In this document: positions 41,116 through 51,681 of the stretch, one piece after another
How the letters are laid out: each line of letters begins with the position of its first letter
Position numbering within the stretch: the first letter of the stretch is position 1
From: an uncultured Gammaproteobacteria bacterium
GTDB taxonomy: Bacteria > Patescibacteriota > Microgenomatia > Levybacterales > UBA12049
Assembly (NCBI GenBank): GCA_964416505.1
Contig: CAYQEJ010000001.1
Span: 77,774 to 141,773, forward strand
Direction: 5' to 3'
DNA: 64,000 nucleotides
Translations under genes and position numbers: made by a program
The notes under the pieces: model-generated
What the model was told of the DNA's origin: nothing
Database searches by the model: none
The model's input: the letters and a program-made list of their open reading frames with translations, nothing else

Positions 41116-42929
41116 TGATAAAAAGAATTTTTAAAAATTCCGATATCCATTTCCCTCTTTTTCTACTATTTTTTTTATTAATTGAAATAACTAATTTAAC
41201 AAAAAAGTTAGATTCAAAAATAAAAATAAACAATACTCTGGATTTCTCCTGGTCAATAGATATGATTCAAAGATTTTATTCAGGTTTTATAGCGGGTCGA
41301 GATTTCATATTTACTTATGGACCTTTATATCAATTTATAATTTCATTTCCGGGAAACTTATTAAATACACCTTCTTTTTCATCATTAATATTAAGTAGTC
41401 TAACTCTTAAACTAATTTTGCTAATTTTGATTTTCCTGTTTATAGAAAATTTATTTTCAGAAAAGAAATCAAAACTAATTTTTTTTATTTTTTTAAGCTC
41501 ACTGACTTTAATATATTCAGATTCCAATATGTCAATAAGGATTATATCTCCTTTTATTTTCTCTCTTTATTATCTTAAGTATGTTGTTCAAAAAAAGGGA
41601 AATAAAATTCAAATAGCGATAATCCATGCAGTACCCTCAATAATGGGGCTTTATATTTTTGAACTTTTTTTAACTTGTATAGTAATTATATTTTTATTTT
41701 ATTTATTTACTGCTTTAATTAATAAAAATAAATTTAAATTCAATATTCAAAAGATAATAAAAGGATTGGGAAGTTTATCGATAATATTAATTCTCGAAAT
41801 CATATTAAGCTCTATATTATCTGGGAACCTAGATTATTTTTATGATTCCATATTAACTGTCTCAGATTACAAATATATTATGAATATTCCCTTTTCCTTG
41901 AATCCTTATTTCCTATTGTTAATTTTTCCTTTTATTTTATTTTTAATTTTTATAGTTAAATTTAAAGAAAAAAAGTATAGCTTATTATCTATCATTTTAT
42001 TCATAACTGCGTTTGTTGAAATAAAATCTTCATTAATTAGAACTGATGAGGGACATATCTTACAGTCTGTTATTCCGAGCATAATAATCTTAATTTATAT
42101 AATTTATCAAAGATTTAAGTTTAATCGTTTATTTTTAGCAATCTCGATAGGCATAATCACACTTAATTTATTTTCAAACATCCAAACTCTTACTCCTAAT
42201 AATTTTTTGAAATTATATGATTTAACTCGCGAAAATACTAATTTCTTTGATTTATACAAAATTTATCCCCAATTTTATACAAAATCGAACCTAGATAAAA
42301 TAACTCTGACAATAAATAGTTCTAAATCAATCTTAATTTATCCTTATGATAATTTTCTTCTAAATATTAATAGAAAAACATTTAATACTTATTCTTTACA
42401 ATTTTATGATTGGTCCGGCTCTAAAGTTGAAGAAAAAACTGTAGAAAAAATTGCTCTAAATCCTCCAAATAAAATAATTTATATGATCGACAAAAAAGGT
42501 GTGATTCCGTTAGATAATATCCCAAATATTTCAAGAAATCCTTATATAAATAAATGGATAATAAATAATTATTCAGTAGAATCAAATAATAAAAGTTATC
42601 TTGTGCTTAAATTTGATAAAAAAGGGGCGAAATATATTAATTCTGATTGTAAATTATATGACTTAGAAATAAAAGATAATTTGTTACTATTTGAGAATTT
42701 AATCAAACCATCTAGTTACTACTTAGAAAATGATGAATACCTTAGACTACCTGTATCAACAAAACGAAATATTTTTGTATTTGAAAACTTTTCCAATGCA
42801 TCTGAAATGGAAAAATTAATAAATAGTAATATTTCAAAAGCGGAGGAAAAAGGAAAAGATAAAAAAATTATAAAGAAATTTTCAGTTTCAGTAAAAAAAG
42901 AGGTAGAAAATTCAGTTAATTGTTATTAA
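41115..42929 (+). CDS. Polytopic membrane protein, possible GT-C glycosyltransferase
   Basis: LD.SW and GRDFIFTYGPL in the first loop, about 11 TM helices, R.D.GH, soluble C-terminus; coupled to the DPM1-like GT2. Confidence 0.55.
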   Translation: MIKRIFKNSDIHFPLFLLFFLLIEITNLTKKLDSKIKINNTLDFSWSIDMIQRFYSGFIAGRDFIFTYGPLYQFIISFPGNLLNTPSFSSLILSSLTLKLILLILIFLFIENLFSEKKSKLIFFIFLSSLTLIYSDSNMSIRIISPFIFSLYYLKYVVQKKGNKIQIAIIHAVPSIMGLYIFELFLTCIVIIFLFYLFTALINKNKFKFNIQKIIKGLGSLSIILILEIILSSILSGNLDYFYDSILTVSDYKYIMNIPFSLNPYFLLLIFPFILFLIFIVKFKEKKYSLLSIILFITAFVEIKSSLIRTDEGHILQSVIPSIIILIYIIYQRFKFNRLFLAISIGIITLNLFSNIQTLTPNNFLKLYDLTRENTNFFDLYKIYPQFYTKSNLDKITLTINSSKSILIYPYDNFLLNINRKTFNTYSLQFYDWSGSKVEEKTVEKIALNPPNKIIYMIDKKGVIPLDNIPNISRNPYINKWIINNYSVESNNKSYLVLKFDKKGAKYINSDCKLYDLEIKDNLLLFENLIKPSSYYLENDEYLRLPVSTKRNIFVFENFSNASEMEKLINSNISKAEEKGKDKKIIKKFSVSVKKEVENSVNCY

Positions 42930-43980
42930 TATTCAAATATTGATCCCAGATTTGATCAATTCCTTTTGAAACGCTTACTTGCGGTTTCCATTTAAGTTTA
43001 TTTTTTACTTTAGAAGTATCGGTAATGTATATCTTTTGATCTGCAGGTCTCCATGGAAAATGCTTAAGCTTTAGCTTGTTTCCACCTTTTTTATTTAAGT
43101 GTTCTATAACCTCAATCAAACTTGCAGTATTCTCAACTCCTCCCCCTACATTGAAAACCTCACCTTTTACACTATCTATTTTTTCCAATTCTGATAGATA
43201 AACTTCAGCTACATCGGTTCCGAAAAGACAATCTCTCACCTGCTTACCGTCTCCATAAATATTTAGTGGAGAATCATTAATTTTTGCTCTCACAAACCAA
43301 TCTAGCCATCCTTGATCTTCTACGCCTTTTTGATAAAGACCATAAATACAACTCATTCTATTCACGACTGTAGGCAAATCATATATATGAAAATATTCCT
43401 GACAATATAAATCTGCAGAAGCCTTAGAAACACCATACGGACTGTGGGGAAAAACTCCTCCGCTATCCATTGGGAATTTCTCATTTACTCCATTTTTCGT
43501 TATTCCTTCAATGACTGCTTTCCTGACGTTTTTTGATTTTGACTTAAAATTCCATTCATACCTAGTTTTCTTTTCTTTAAGGGGTATCAAATTGATTTCT
43601 TCGGAGTATATTTTATTAGTAGAAGCGAATATGACGGGAATTAATCCATTTATTCTTGCATGCTCTAGAATATTTAAAGTCCCTTGGGCGTTTACTGAGA
43701 AATCATAAGAAGGCCATTTAATTGACCATGGAATTCCTGGATTTCCAGCTAAGTGGATAATTCCGGCCAATTTTTTTGGGAGTCTTTCAAAATCATGAAC
43801 ATTTCTTACATCTCCTCTTACTACTTCAATATTATTCTTTTTTAGAATTTGCGCATTTTCTTCTGTAAAAGGTCTAATGAGGGAATCAAATGCTATAACT
43901 GAATATCCTTTTTTCTTAGCTAATAATGAAATATTTGTTCCAATAAACCCACAACCACCTGTAATAACTATCTTTTTCAT
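42916..43980 (-). CDS. NAD-dependent epimerase, CDP-paratose 2-epimerase (RfbE/Tyv)-like
   Basis: ITGGCGFIG, STNKIY, SPYGVSK (YxxxK), RMSCIYG..Q.GVEDQGW, GDGKQVRD, WRPADQ. Confidence 0.8.
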   Translation of the reverse strand: MKKIVITGGCGFIGTNISLLAKKKGYSVIAFDSLIRPFTEENAQILKKNNIEVVRGDVRNVHDFERLPKKLAGIIHLAGNPGIPWSIKWPSYDFSVNAQGTLNILEHARINGLIPVIFASTNKIYSEEINLIPLKEKKTRYEWNFKSKSKNVRKAVIEGITKNGVNEKFPMDSGGVFPHSPYGVSKASADLYCQEYFHIYDLPTVVNRMSCIYGLYQKGVEDQGWLDWFVRAKINDSPLNIYGDGKQVRDCLFGTDVAEVYLSELEKIDSVKGEVFNVGGGVENTASLIEVIEHLNKKGGNKLKLKHFPWRPADQKIYITDTSKVKNKLKWKPQVSVSKGIDQIWDQYLNINNN

Positions 43981-44037
43981 TACCAAAAGATATTAGTTCA
44001 AAAACCTAAAAATGTAAATATGTATTAACACAGCAGC

Positions 44038-45336
44038 CTATCTGGCATTTATTGTTTTTCGAAAAACTAATGCAACAGAATATACACATAGGGGTGCAAC
44101 ATGTAAAGCAAGCCTCTGTAATGAGCTAGAAGGCTCATAAATACTAATAAATAGGTAAATCGCTATGTAAAAAAACAATTGAGAAAGAATAAGAAAATTA
44201 ATTACTAACATTTCGCTAGATTTTAGTGCTTTACCAAAGAATAAAGAGAAAAAGTAAATTGGCCAAAGAATATTCCAGGTTTTTAAATTCAAACTTTCTT
44301 TGATAAATTCAAGAAAAATATGAAAAGATTTAAAAAAATAAAAACTTACTCCTCTTCCATCAGGTAAGCTAGTAATCTGATTTGTCTTTTTAAAATATTC
44401 CCATAAAAATACTGGGGAGAATAAAATAATTAATAAAAATATATGCTTTAACTTTCTAAATTTAATTAGAGAAATACTAATAATAGCTAAGCAAACCAAA
44501 ACAAAAAGAATACCTTCTAATTTAATAAGCCATGTAAAAGCCAAAAATAAAGAAAGAAGTACAAGTGTTTTGTTTTTTTTATCTTTTATATACTCCAGAA
44601 GCAATAAACTGCTGGATAGAAAAAAGTAAGCGAGAGGAAGATCCGCTTGACCTACTTCAATTCTTCCCCCATGTCTGGTAAAGTTCTGTATTCCTACTAG
44701 AAATAGCGTAAAAAATAATGCATACCTTAGGCTTACCCTCTCTCTTAAAGCACTGTAAAAGAGAATAACCATAAAAAAATAAAATGCAAAAAATGAAATC
44801 AATACAGATACATCGTTTACTTTTCCTAAAATTAAATAATCAAATAACCCCAATAGACTAAGAATTAAAGGATATGAAGAATGAATGTACATTAAAGAAG
44901 CAGGGACTATTTTTCCATCAAGAAAGAAAAACTTCGATTTATTAAGCCAGATCGCCCATCCATCCCATGTTGAAAGAGGCCTTATTATAGATTCAATAAA
45001 TGTATAAATTGTCTGTGCAAAAATAAGTAACAGAATTGATAAATCAATTTTTTTTAGTTTTGTTTTTTTTAATTTGATTTTAAAAGTTTGCTTTTTTAAA
45101 AATAAAATTATCGAGATAATAATTATCCAGAATAAAATAATAAATTTTATATTCCATCCAAAATTTAAAATATTTAACAAAAATAATTGCTGCGATACTA
45201 TTCCAACTCCCATTCCATAAGATAAGCCAAAAATGTACATATTTTTTTTATTCGGCAATAAATCAAACCCTTTTATTAAAATAAAACCGATTAACGATAA
45301 AAATATTGTTACTAAAATAATTAGCAAGTTATTCAT
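44038..45336 (-). CDS. GT-C fold membrane glycosyltransferase-like protein
   Basis: WDGWAIW..K.K, H.SYP, ADLPLA and KLEG motifs; polytopic. Confidence 0.65.
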   Translation of the reverse strand: MNNLLIILVTIFLSLIGFILIKGFDLLPNKKNMYIFGLSYGMGVGIVSQQLFLLNILNFGWNIKFIILFWIIIISIILFLKKQTFKIKLKKTKLKKIDLSILLLIFAQTIYTFIESIIRPLSTWDGWAIWLNKSKFFFLDGKIVPASLMYIHSSYPLILSLLGLFDYLILGKVNDVSVLISFFAFYFFMVILFYSALRERVSLRYALFFTLFLVGIQNFTRHGGRIEVGQADLPLAYFFLSSSLLLLEYIKDKKNKTLVLLSLFLAFTWLIKLEGILFVLVCLAIISISLIKFRKLKHIFLLIILFSPVFLWEYFKKTNQITSLPDGRGVSFYFFKSFHIFLEFIKESLNLKTWNILWPIYFFSLFFGKALKSSEMLVINFLILSQLFFYIAIYLFISIYEPSSSLQRLALHVAPLCVYSVALVFRKTINAR

Positions 45337-45757
45337 TTTTATAAATTGTCCAAAAGGAATTTCCTCTCTTAGATTTTTCTATTTTTTGTATTCTAAAACC
45401 CTTTATTTTTCTTTCTATATTAAATAGCGCAACGTATTTATAATTTTCAAAATGCATGAATTTGTCTATCTCTTTTTCTGAAATTACCTCTACTTTTTTT
45501 GGATACAAATAGTAAGCTCCTAAATAAAACGTTCTAACATCATTACTTACTATCAATATTTTCTCGTTATCCGTATTCTCATTAATAAAAATAAAGAAAT
45601 GATAAAGGTCCCCAAAAATTTTATATCTTTTTTCTTGATCAGAAATAAATACCCATTCTTTAACTTCCGATCTTAATTTAAAAGCATTTAAGAAAATGGC
45701 AGCAATTGAGGTTAGGGTCCAAAGGGCAATTAAAATAATGAAGATTTTCTTACCCAT
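45329..45757 (-). CDS. Small membrane-anchored hypothetical protein
   Basis: N-terminal TM, YYLYP motif; overlaps the downstream GT-C-like gene. Confidence 0.6.
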   Translation of the reverse strand: MGKKIFIILIALWTLTSIAAIFLNAFKLRSEVKEWVFISDQEKRYKIFGDLYHFFIFINENTDNEKILIVSNDVRTFYLGAYYLYPKKVEVISEKEIDKFMHFENYKYVALFNIERKIKGFRIQKIEKSKRGNSFWTIYKNE

Positions 45758-45798
45758 TAATGAGTATTGTGTGCAGAGAATTTAGATTATATTATAGC

Positions 45799-47541
45799 AT
45801 GGTGCAAGAACCAATAAGCATAGTTATCGTAAGCCTTTTTAGTCTTTCTGTTGTATTCTTGTTATTTTTTATTTTGAAATATATTTTCAAAAAACCTCTA
45901 AATGCTTTTTTTATCGTACTGCTTCTTTCTATCCCTCCCATCATAAGCGTTTTCAGAATAGGAGTTTACGAAAGCGGAGATTTTTCACTTCATATTTATA
46001 GAACTATCTCTTTTTTTGAGAACTTAAAAGCTATGAATTTTTCCCCTTCCTGGGGGTATATGTTGAATGGTGGATTTGGATATCCACTATTTCTCTTTAT
46101 TAATCCAATTCCATACTATTTAATTTCAATCTTTCATTTTCTAGGACTTTCATTTATATGGAGCATGAAATCTTATCTTATTTTTTCATATATTTTCTCA
46201 GGAATTTCAATGTATTTATTTACAAAAAAAACTTTTAAAAATGAACTTGCTGCGCTAACTTCTGCAATTTTTTATCTATACACTCCATATCATTTAATTG
46301 ACATGCATTTTAGAGTTGATATCGGTGAAATATTTGCATTCGCTCTTTTTCCAACTCTTTGCTTATTTTTAGTAAAAGCCATAGAAAATAAAAAAGGCAC
46401 AGATTACATTTTGCTAGGAATAGCATGGGGACTATTTATTCTCACACATCAAGCAATTGCAATTTTGTCATTACTTTTTTTTGGAATTTTTATCTTGTTT
46501 GGTTTTATAGGGTTTGGCCTGAAAACAATGAAAGAAAATTATAAAATAATATTCTCATTTTTAATCGGTCTAATAATTTCTTCCTACTCCTGGACGTCTT
46601 ACTTAACCTATTCCCAATACACAATGATTAAAAAAGTAGTATTTGACATAAATTTATTTAATATTTCAGATTTACTATTCACTAAGTGGAGACTTGGATT
46701 TTTGTTTCAAGGTCCACATGGAGAATTAGGTCATATCATTGGGTACACTCAGGTAATTATTTTCATATATTTCATATATTTAATACTTTTAAAAAAAATT
46801 AAAAGAAATAAAAAAACCGCTATATTTCTACTTTCATCTATTACACTCTTAACATTTATGATAACCCCAAGCTCTTACCTTATATGGCAAACAGTTCCTA
46901 TGATAAAAAACGTCCTACTTTCCTATAGACTTTTATTGTTCATAGGATTCTCTACCTCAGTCCTCGCAGGATTATTAACATTTGAAATAAAGAATAAAAA
47001 AATAGTTTATTTATTAATTTTTATAACTATCTCATACACTATTCTTAATTGGGGAAATAGAAGAGTAATTCCTCAAATTAATGATTCCTACCTAATCTCA
47101 AATTTGGGATCTAGCACATCAGCCGGAGAGGGATTAGGAGGTCTTGGAAATCCAATATGGACAGGAGACAAAATAGCATGGAAGAGTAAATATAATGAAA
47201 AAGTTGAAATTTTAAATGGTGACGGAAAAATTTCCCAAATTCTTGAGACTCCAACATCTAATTTATATCTGATTGATGCTAATACAAATCTTAAGATAAA
47301 TGAAAATACATGGTATTTTCCAGGTTGGCGTGCTTTTTTAAATAACAAAGAAATTCAGATTATCCCTGACAATAAAACCCATCCGGGAATCATAAATCTC
47401 TACATACCTCAAGGACTTTGGAAACTTGAGATTAAATATGAAGATTTAATATATCTAAAAATCTTAAAGATAATTAGTTTTAGTTCTTTAGGATTTTTTA
47501 TTTTGTTTTACCTTAAGAAGAGATATTTTAATTCTTCCTGA
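45799..47541 (+). CDS. PTPS-related/YfhO-like membrane protein (GT-C-like)
   Basis: SGD...H..R, W...LNGGFGYPLF.F, YLYTPYH..D...R.DIGE, C-terminal YFPGWRA. Start ATG 45799. Confidence 0.8.
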   Translation: MVQEPISIVIVSLFSLSVVFLLFFILKYIFKKPLNAFFIVLLLSIPPIISVFRIGVYESGDFSLHIYRTISFFENLKAMNFSPSWGYMLNGGFGYPLFLFINPIPYYLISIFHFLGLSFIWSMKSYLIFSYIFSGISMYLFTKKTFKNELAALTSAIFYLYTPYHLIDMHFRVDIGEIFAFALFPTLCLFLVKAIENKKGTDYILLGIAWGLFILTHQAIAILSLLFFGIFILFGFIGFGLKTMKENYKIIFSFLIGLIISSYSWTSYLTYSQYTMIKKVVFDINLFNISDLLFTKWRLGFLFQGPHGELGHIIGYTQVIIFIYFIYLILLKKIKRNKKTAIFLLSSITLLTFMITPSSYLIWQTVPMIKNVLLSYRLLLFIGFSTSVLAGLLTFEIKNKKIVYLLIFITISYTILNWGNRRVIPQINDSYLISNLGSSTSAGEGLGGLGNPIWTGDKIAWKSKYNEKVEILNGDGKISQILETPTSNLYLIDANTNLKINENTWYFPGWRAFLNNKEIQIIPDNKTHPGIINLYIPQGLWKLEIKYEDLIYLKILKIISFSSLGFFILFYLKKRYFNSS

Positions 47542-49147
47542 GCACATAATTTCCTAAAACTAGAATATCCATCCCAGTTCCACTAAAAACTGAGATTGCG
47601 TCTTTAGGAGAGCATGCGATAGGCATATTCATTATATTAAGACTCGTATTTAACACTACTCCCATCCCAGATTTTTCTTTCATTTTTTTTATTAAATCAT
47701 AATAAATTCTATTTTCTTTTCGAGTAACCGACTGAACCCTTGCTGTATTATCTACATGAGTTATAGCAGGTAGTTTTTTTGTTTTGACATCAAAAGTCAG
47801 AGTCATATATGGAGATTTATAAAAATCTTTAAAATAAATCTCAGCATCTTCTTCTAAAACGCTAGGAGCAAATGGCCTAAAAGTCTCGCGAAACTTTATA
47901 AGCCTATTTAATTTATCTTTCATTTCTAGATTTGCAGGATTCGCTAAAATCGATCTGTTACCTAATGCTCGTGATCCAAATTCAAGTCTTCCCTGAAACC
48001 ATCCAACAATTTCGTTATTTAAAATTCTTTCCACTACAAAATTTATCAAATCATTATCATTTAAATATTCATAATTAAGTTTTAAAGTATCTAGATCTTT
48101 TTTTATTTCTCTGTTTGTATAATTTGGTCCAAGATATGGAGATTGTAATTTTTCGAATTTGAACCCTAAGTTATTTGCAACATGAAGAGCTGCACCAAAC
48201 GCAGTTCCAGGATCATCTGCAACTGGGGGAATAAAAATATTTTCTATATATTCTGATTTCAATAAGGCAGAATTCATTATACAGTTTAGCGCTACACCAC
48301 CCGACAAACACAGATTTTTTGAATCCTCTTTATCGCTAAGATTTTTAAGAAGCTCCAAACAAGCCTCTTCAAGTTTTTTTTGAGCTGCATAAGCAATGTC
48401 TTTTTCGCGCTGCGTAACTGGGTCTGTACTTAATCTATTTTTTCCAAGAACTTCTTTAAGCTTTTTAGTGAATCTTGGTTGTTGTCTTGAAACCGAATTT
48501 TGAAATATCTTTTCATCCAACTTATATTCTCCGTTCTTTACAATAAGTATTTTGTCCATTTTTTCCTTCAAATCTTTTCTGTATTTACCATAGCTTGCTA
48601 ATCCCATCACTTTATACTCATCTCTATTCATGTCAAAACCTAAAAACTGAGTTATCAAAGAATAAAAAATACCCAAACTATTTGGTTTCTCAAATGTCTT
48701 CAAGCATTTGATTCTTCTTCCTTTTCCATATCCTAGCGTCGTTGAAATATTGTCACCGGAATAGTCTATTGTCATTATTTTTGCTTCTTTAAATCCAGAA
48801 ATCAGATATGCGCTTGCTCTATGCGCTGCATGATGATCAACTAGTTTAATCTTAGGACAGTAACCAAATTGAAATTCCATATACTCTTTAATATCGTTCG
48901 TAATGTTGGTATATGTGTTGACGTAAAAAGCTAAATAATCCACTTCTTTAATAGATATACCTGCTTTTTTTAAGCAAAACTGAATAGATTTTTTAGGAAA
49001 TTGCCCAGGTGCGTGCTTTACCCTAATCAACCTTTCCTCCTCAACAGCAGCAATTATTTTTGAATTTTTAATAAGTACCGCAGCGCCATCATGATTAACG
49101 GTAAAACTTCCACTCACTCCTAAAATATAAATATCCTTTTTTTTCAT
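47528..49147 (-). CDS. O-carbamoyltransferase, NodU/CmcH family
   Basis: HDGAA, EEERL.RVKH, HHAAH, EYKVMGLASYG, GGVALN, EFGSRALGNRSILA, RE.FRPFAPS, HVD.TARVQ, LNTS. Confidence 0.93.
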   Translation of the reverse strand: MKKKDIYILGVSGSFTVNHDGAAVLIKNSKIIAAVEEERLIRVKHAPGQFPKKSIQFCLKKAGISIKEVDYLAFYVNTYTNITNDIKEYMEFQFGYCPKIKLVDHHAAHRASAYLISGFKEAKIMTIDYSGDNISTTLGYGKGRRIKCLKTFEKPNSLGIFYSLITQFLGFDMNRDEYKVMGLASYGKYRKDLKEKMDKILIVKNGEYKLDEKIFQNSVSRQQPRFTKKLKEVLGKNRLSTDPVTQREKDIAYAAQKKLEEACLELLKNLSDKEDSKNLCLSGGVALNCIMNSALLKSEYIENIFIPPVADDPGTAFGAALHVANNLGFKFEKLQSPYLGPNYTNREIKKDLDTLKLNYEYLNDNDLINFVVERILNNEIVGWFQGRLEFGSRALGNRSILANPANLEMKDKLNRLIKFRETFRPFAPSVLEEDAEIYFKDFYKSPYMTLTFDVKTKKLPAITHVDNTARVQSVTRKENRIYYDLIKKMKEKSGMGVVLNTSLNIMNMPIACSPKDAISVFSGTGMDILVLGNYVLRKN

Positions 49148-49214
49148 TAGTTCCTTAATTAAAATGTGAGTTGTATTATAATATAGCGATTATTTACTAA
49201 CAATTATCTAATTA

Positions 49215-49940
49215 ATGAAAAAGCTATTTCTATCTTTTTGTATTCCCGTCTATAACGAAGAAGATTTAATTCTAAAAAATCTTAAAAAGATTATAAAAAA
49301 CCTAGATGAATTAGTAGGGAAAAATAACTACGAAATCCTTTTTGCCGAAAATGGAAGTACCGATAAAACCAGAGATGTTTTAAAGCAAGTAAAAAATAAA
49401 AATGTAAAATATTTTACTATAGGGAAAAAAGGGCATGGTCTTGCAATGAAATCATTAGTAGAAAATGCCAAAGGAGAAAATATTTTATTATCAGCGATAG
49501 ATCTACCATTTGGATTTTCTGATTTAAAAAACATGCTTCCTCTTTCCAGTAAATTTAATGTTATTTTTGGTTCAAAAAAACATAAAGATTCAAAATTACA
49601 TTATCCTTTAAGAAGAAAAATTTCATCAAAAATTTATATGAGTCTTTTGAAATTTCTTTTTAGAGTAAACATTAGAGATACACAGGGTTCAATTTTTATC
49701 AATAAAGAAAGCGTAAGAAAATTCATAGATCTATGCGATTCAGATAATGCCTTCTTTTGTTCTCAGATCGCAATTTATTCTATAAAAAATAATCTCTCTG
49801 TATGTGAAGTTCCAATTGAAATGGACAAAAAATCTATAAGGAAATCCAAATATAAGATTGTTGGAGATGGTAGTAAAATGCTTAGATCAATGATTCGTGA
49901 ATATATTAGGAGTCAGTTTTTTTTCCAAAGATCTAAATAA
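49215..49940 (+). CDS. GT2, polyprenyl-phosphate glycosyltransferase-like
   Basis: CIPVYNEE, ENGSTDKT, G.G.A, AIDLP, IRDTQG. Confidence 0.82.
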   Translation: MKKLFLSFCIPVYNEEDLILKNLKKIIKNLDELVGKNNYEILFAENGSTDKTRDVLKQVKNKNVKYFTIGKKGHGLAMKSLVENAKGENILLSAIDLPFGFSDLKNMLPLSSKFNVIFGSKKHKDSKLHYPLRRKISSKIYMSLLKFLFRVNIRDTQGSIFINKESVRKFIDLCDSDNAFFCSQIAIYSIKNNLSVCEVPIEMDKKSIRKSKYKIVGDGSKMLRSMIREYIRSQFFFQRSK

Positions 49941-50911
49941 ACCTCAGAGACATTTTCCCAGGTTTGCTTTTTAGCCCATAAATATCCTTTTTTTGTAAAT
50001 TTATCAATTTCTTTTGGATTATTTAAAAAATATTTTATTTTCCTTACAAGGTTTTCTGAACTATCTGCGCAAATAATAAATTTATGAAATGGAGACATTT
50101 TTAGATAATCTTCTTTTACTGGATTATCATACATTGCAAAAACAAGTCTTTTATTTATTAATGCCTCCAAAATAGATAAGTATCTACTTACAAAAGCAAA
50201 ATTATTTCTAATTAAATAATCTTCAACGTTCTCTTTAAAACCTGTAGGATTATATTCTTTAAGTTTTTCAAAAAAATTTCCATCTCCAACTATCTTAAAT
50301 CTAAATTTAGGATAATCTTTTTTAAGCAAATCAATAGCTTTAGCATAATCTAGTACATTTGTTTGCTCATCTAGCCTTCCAATGAAAACTGCCGATTGCC
50401 GGTTTGTAATTTTTTTTTGTTTTCCTGGCTTCACTCCCCCGTAAATTATATAATCAGCATTAGTGAAGTACCATTTTTTTATAAACTCCCCTACTACAAT
50501 ATTCCCATTTGCAATTATTTCAGATAACTTTCTGATTAATATTGCTTTTTTTGATATTGGATAATTTTCATACCCATGAAATGTTATAAAACTTTTTTTA
50601 CCCGGAAACAATAATCTAAGAGGTAAATATTGATAATAGACATCATGGGCGTGAACTATCTTTGCCTTGCTAAAAATATTTTTATTTTTTATAAACCAAT
50701 ACCAGATAAAAAATTTTCTCAACTTACCTACGCTACTTTGAGGGATTCTAATTATTTTAATTCCCTCTAATTCGTTATCTTCACCCTGAGATTCTGTAAT
50801 TACGGTTACTTTATGATTCTTTTTTATCAATATTTTAGAAATTTCATAGACATGTTTTTCCACTCCACCAATGTCCGGATAAAACCTTCTGGTTAAAAAA
50901 ATAATTCTCAT
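49913..50911 (-). CDS. GT4 family glycosyltransferase
   Basis: FYPDIGGVEKH, HAHD, TFHG, FIGRLD, LSILEAL. Confidence 0.85.
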   Translation of the reverse strand: MRIIFLTRRFYPDIGGVEKHVYEISKILIKKNHKVTVITESQGEDNELEGIKIIRIPQSSVGKLRKFFIWYWFIKNKNIFSKAKIVHAHDVYYQYLPLRLLFPGKKSFITFHGYENYPISKKAILIRKLSEIIANGNIVVGEFIKKWYFTNADYIIYGGVKPGKQKKITNRQSAVFIGRLDEQTNVLDYAKAIDLLKKDYPKFRFKIVGDGNFFEKLKEYNPTGFKENVEDYLIRNNFAFVSRYLSILEALINKRLVFAMYDNPVKEDYLKMSPFHKFIICADSSENLVRKIKYFLNNPKEIDKFTKKGYLWAKKQTWENVSEVYLDLWKKN

Positions 50912-51675
50912 AATTTAATCGCTTTTATTACAATATTATTTGGATTTTTTCGTTTAATGATTTTTGATACAAATTTTTTGAATAGATAATTATCTGAAAA
51001 TGCAAAAAATGTTTTTGATGCTAGGACCCTGAACCCCGCAATCTCCAACTCTGCTTTTATTAAATTTTCGTCATATGTCCTAACATGTCCGCTTGGGTTA
51101 TTTTTCATTTTATTTAGTCCTTCATTCATTGGAACTGAAACAATCAATGTTCCTCCAATTTTCATCAATAAATTTACTTTGCTCAAAACAGAAAATGTTT
51201 TACTTGGAGGAATATGTTCTAGAACCTCTAAAATAAGAACTGCATCGAAAAAATTAGGTTTATAATTAAGAGTATAAATTGATTGCAGTGAAAATTCTCC
51301 TTTATACTTTTTTTTAAGAATTACCAGTGACCTTTTAGAAAAATCATTTGCATAAAGATTAATGTTTTTATCTCCACTTATCAGTTCTTCAATAAATCCC
51401 ATCCCTGCACCTATATCAAGAACTCGAATTTGTTTTCTTGGTAAAAATCTTACTGCTGTTTTTATTCTATCTTTAGTCATCCCATCTTGATCTGATAATT
51501 TAACATCTTTAGAATAGATATCGTCCCAAAGCTTTGGAGTATTTAAATCTTTAATCTCGGGATATTTTTTTATATAAGTTTCTGCTAACTCTTTATATTT
51601 TTTTGCTGAAGCCAAATTTTGACGTTTTCTTTCTATTTCAAATGGAGAATCTTTCATAAGAGAGAATTTTACCAT
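50908..51675 (-). CDS. Class I SAM-dependent methyltransferase
   Basis: VLDIGAGMG, LEVLEHI, GG.LIVSVP, GHVR.Y. Confidence 0.88.
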   Translation of the reverse strand: MVKFSLMKDSPFEIERKRQNLASAKKYKELAETYIKKYPEIKDLNTPKLWDDIYSKDVKLSDQDGMTKDRIKTAVRFLPRKQIRVLDIGAGMGFIEELISGDKNINLYANDFSKRSLVILKKKYKGEFSLQSIYTLNYKPNFFDAVLILEVLEHIPPSKTFSVLSKVNLLMKIGGTLIVSVPMNEGLNKMKNNPSGHVRTYDENLIKAELEIAGFRVLASKTFFAFSDNYLFKKFVSKIIKRKNPNNIVIKAIKL

Positions 51676-51681
51676 AAATTT

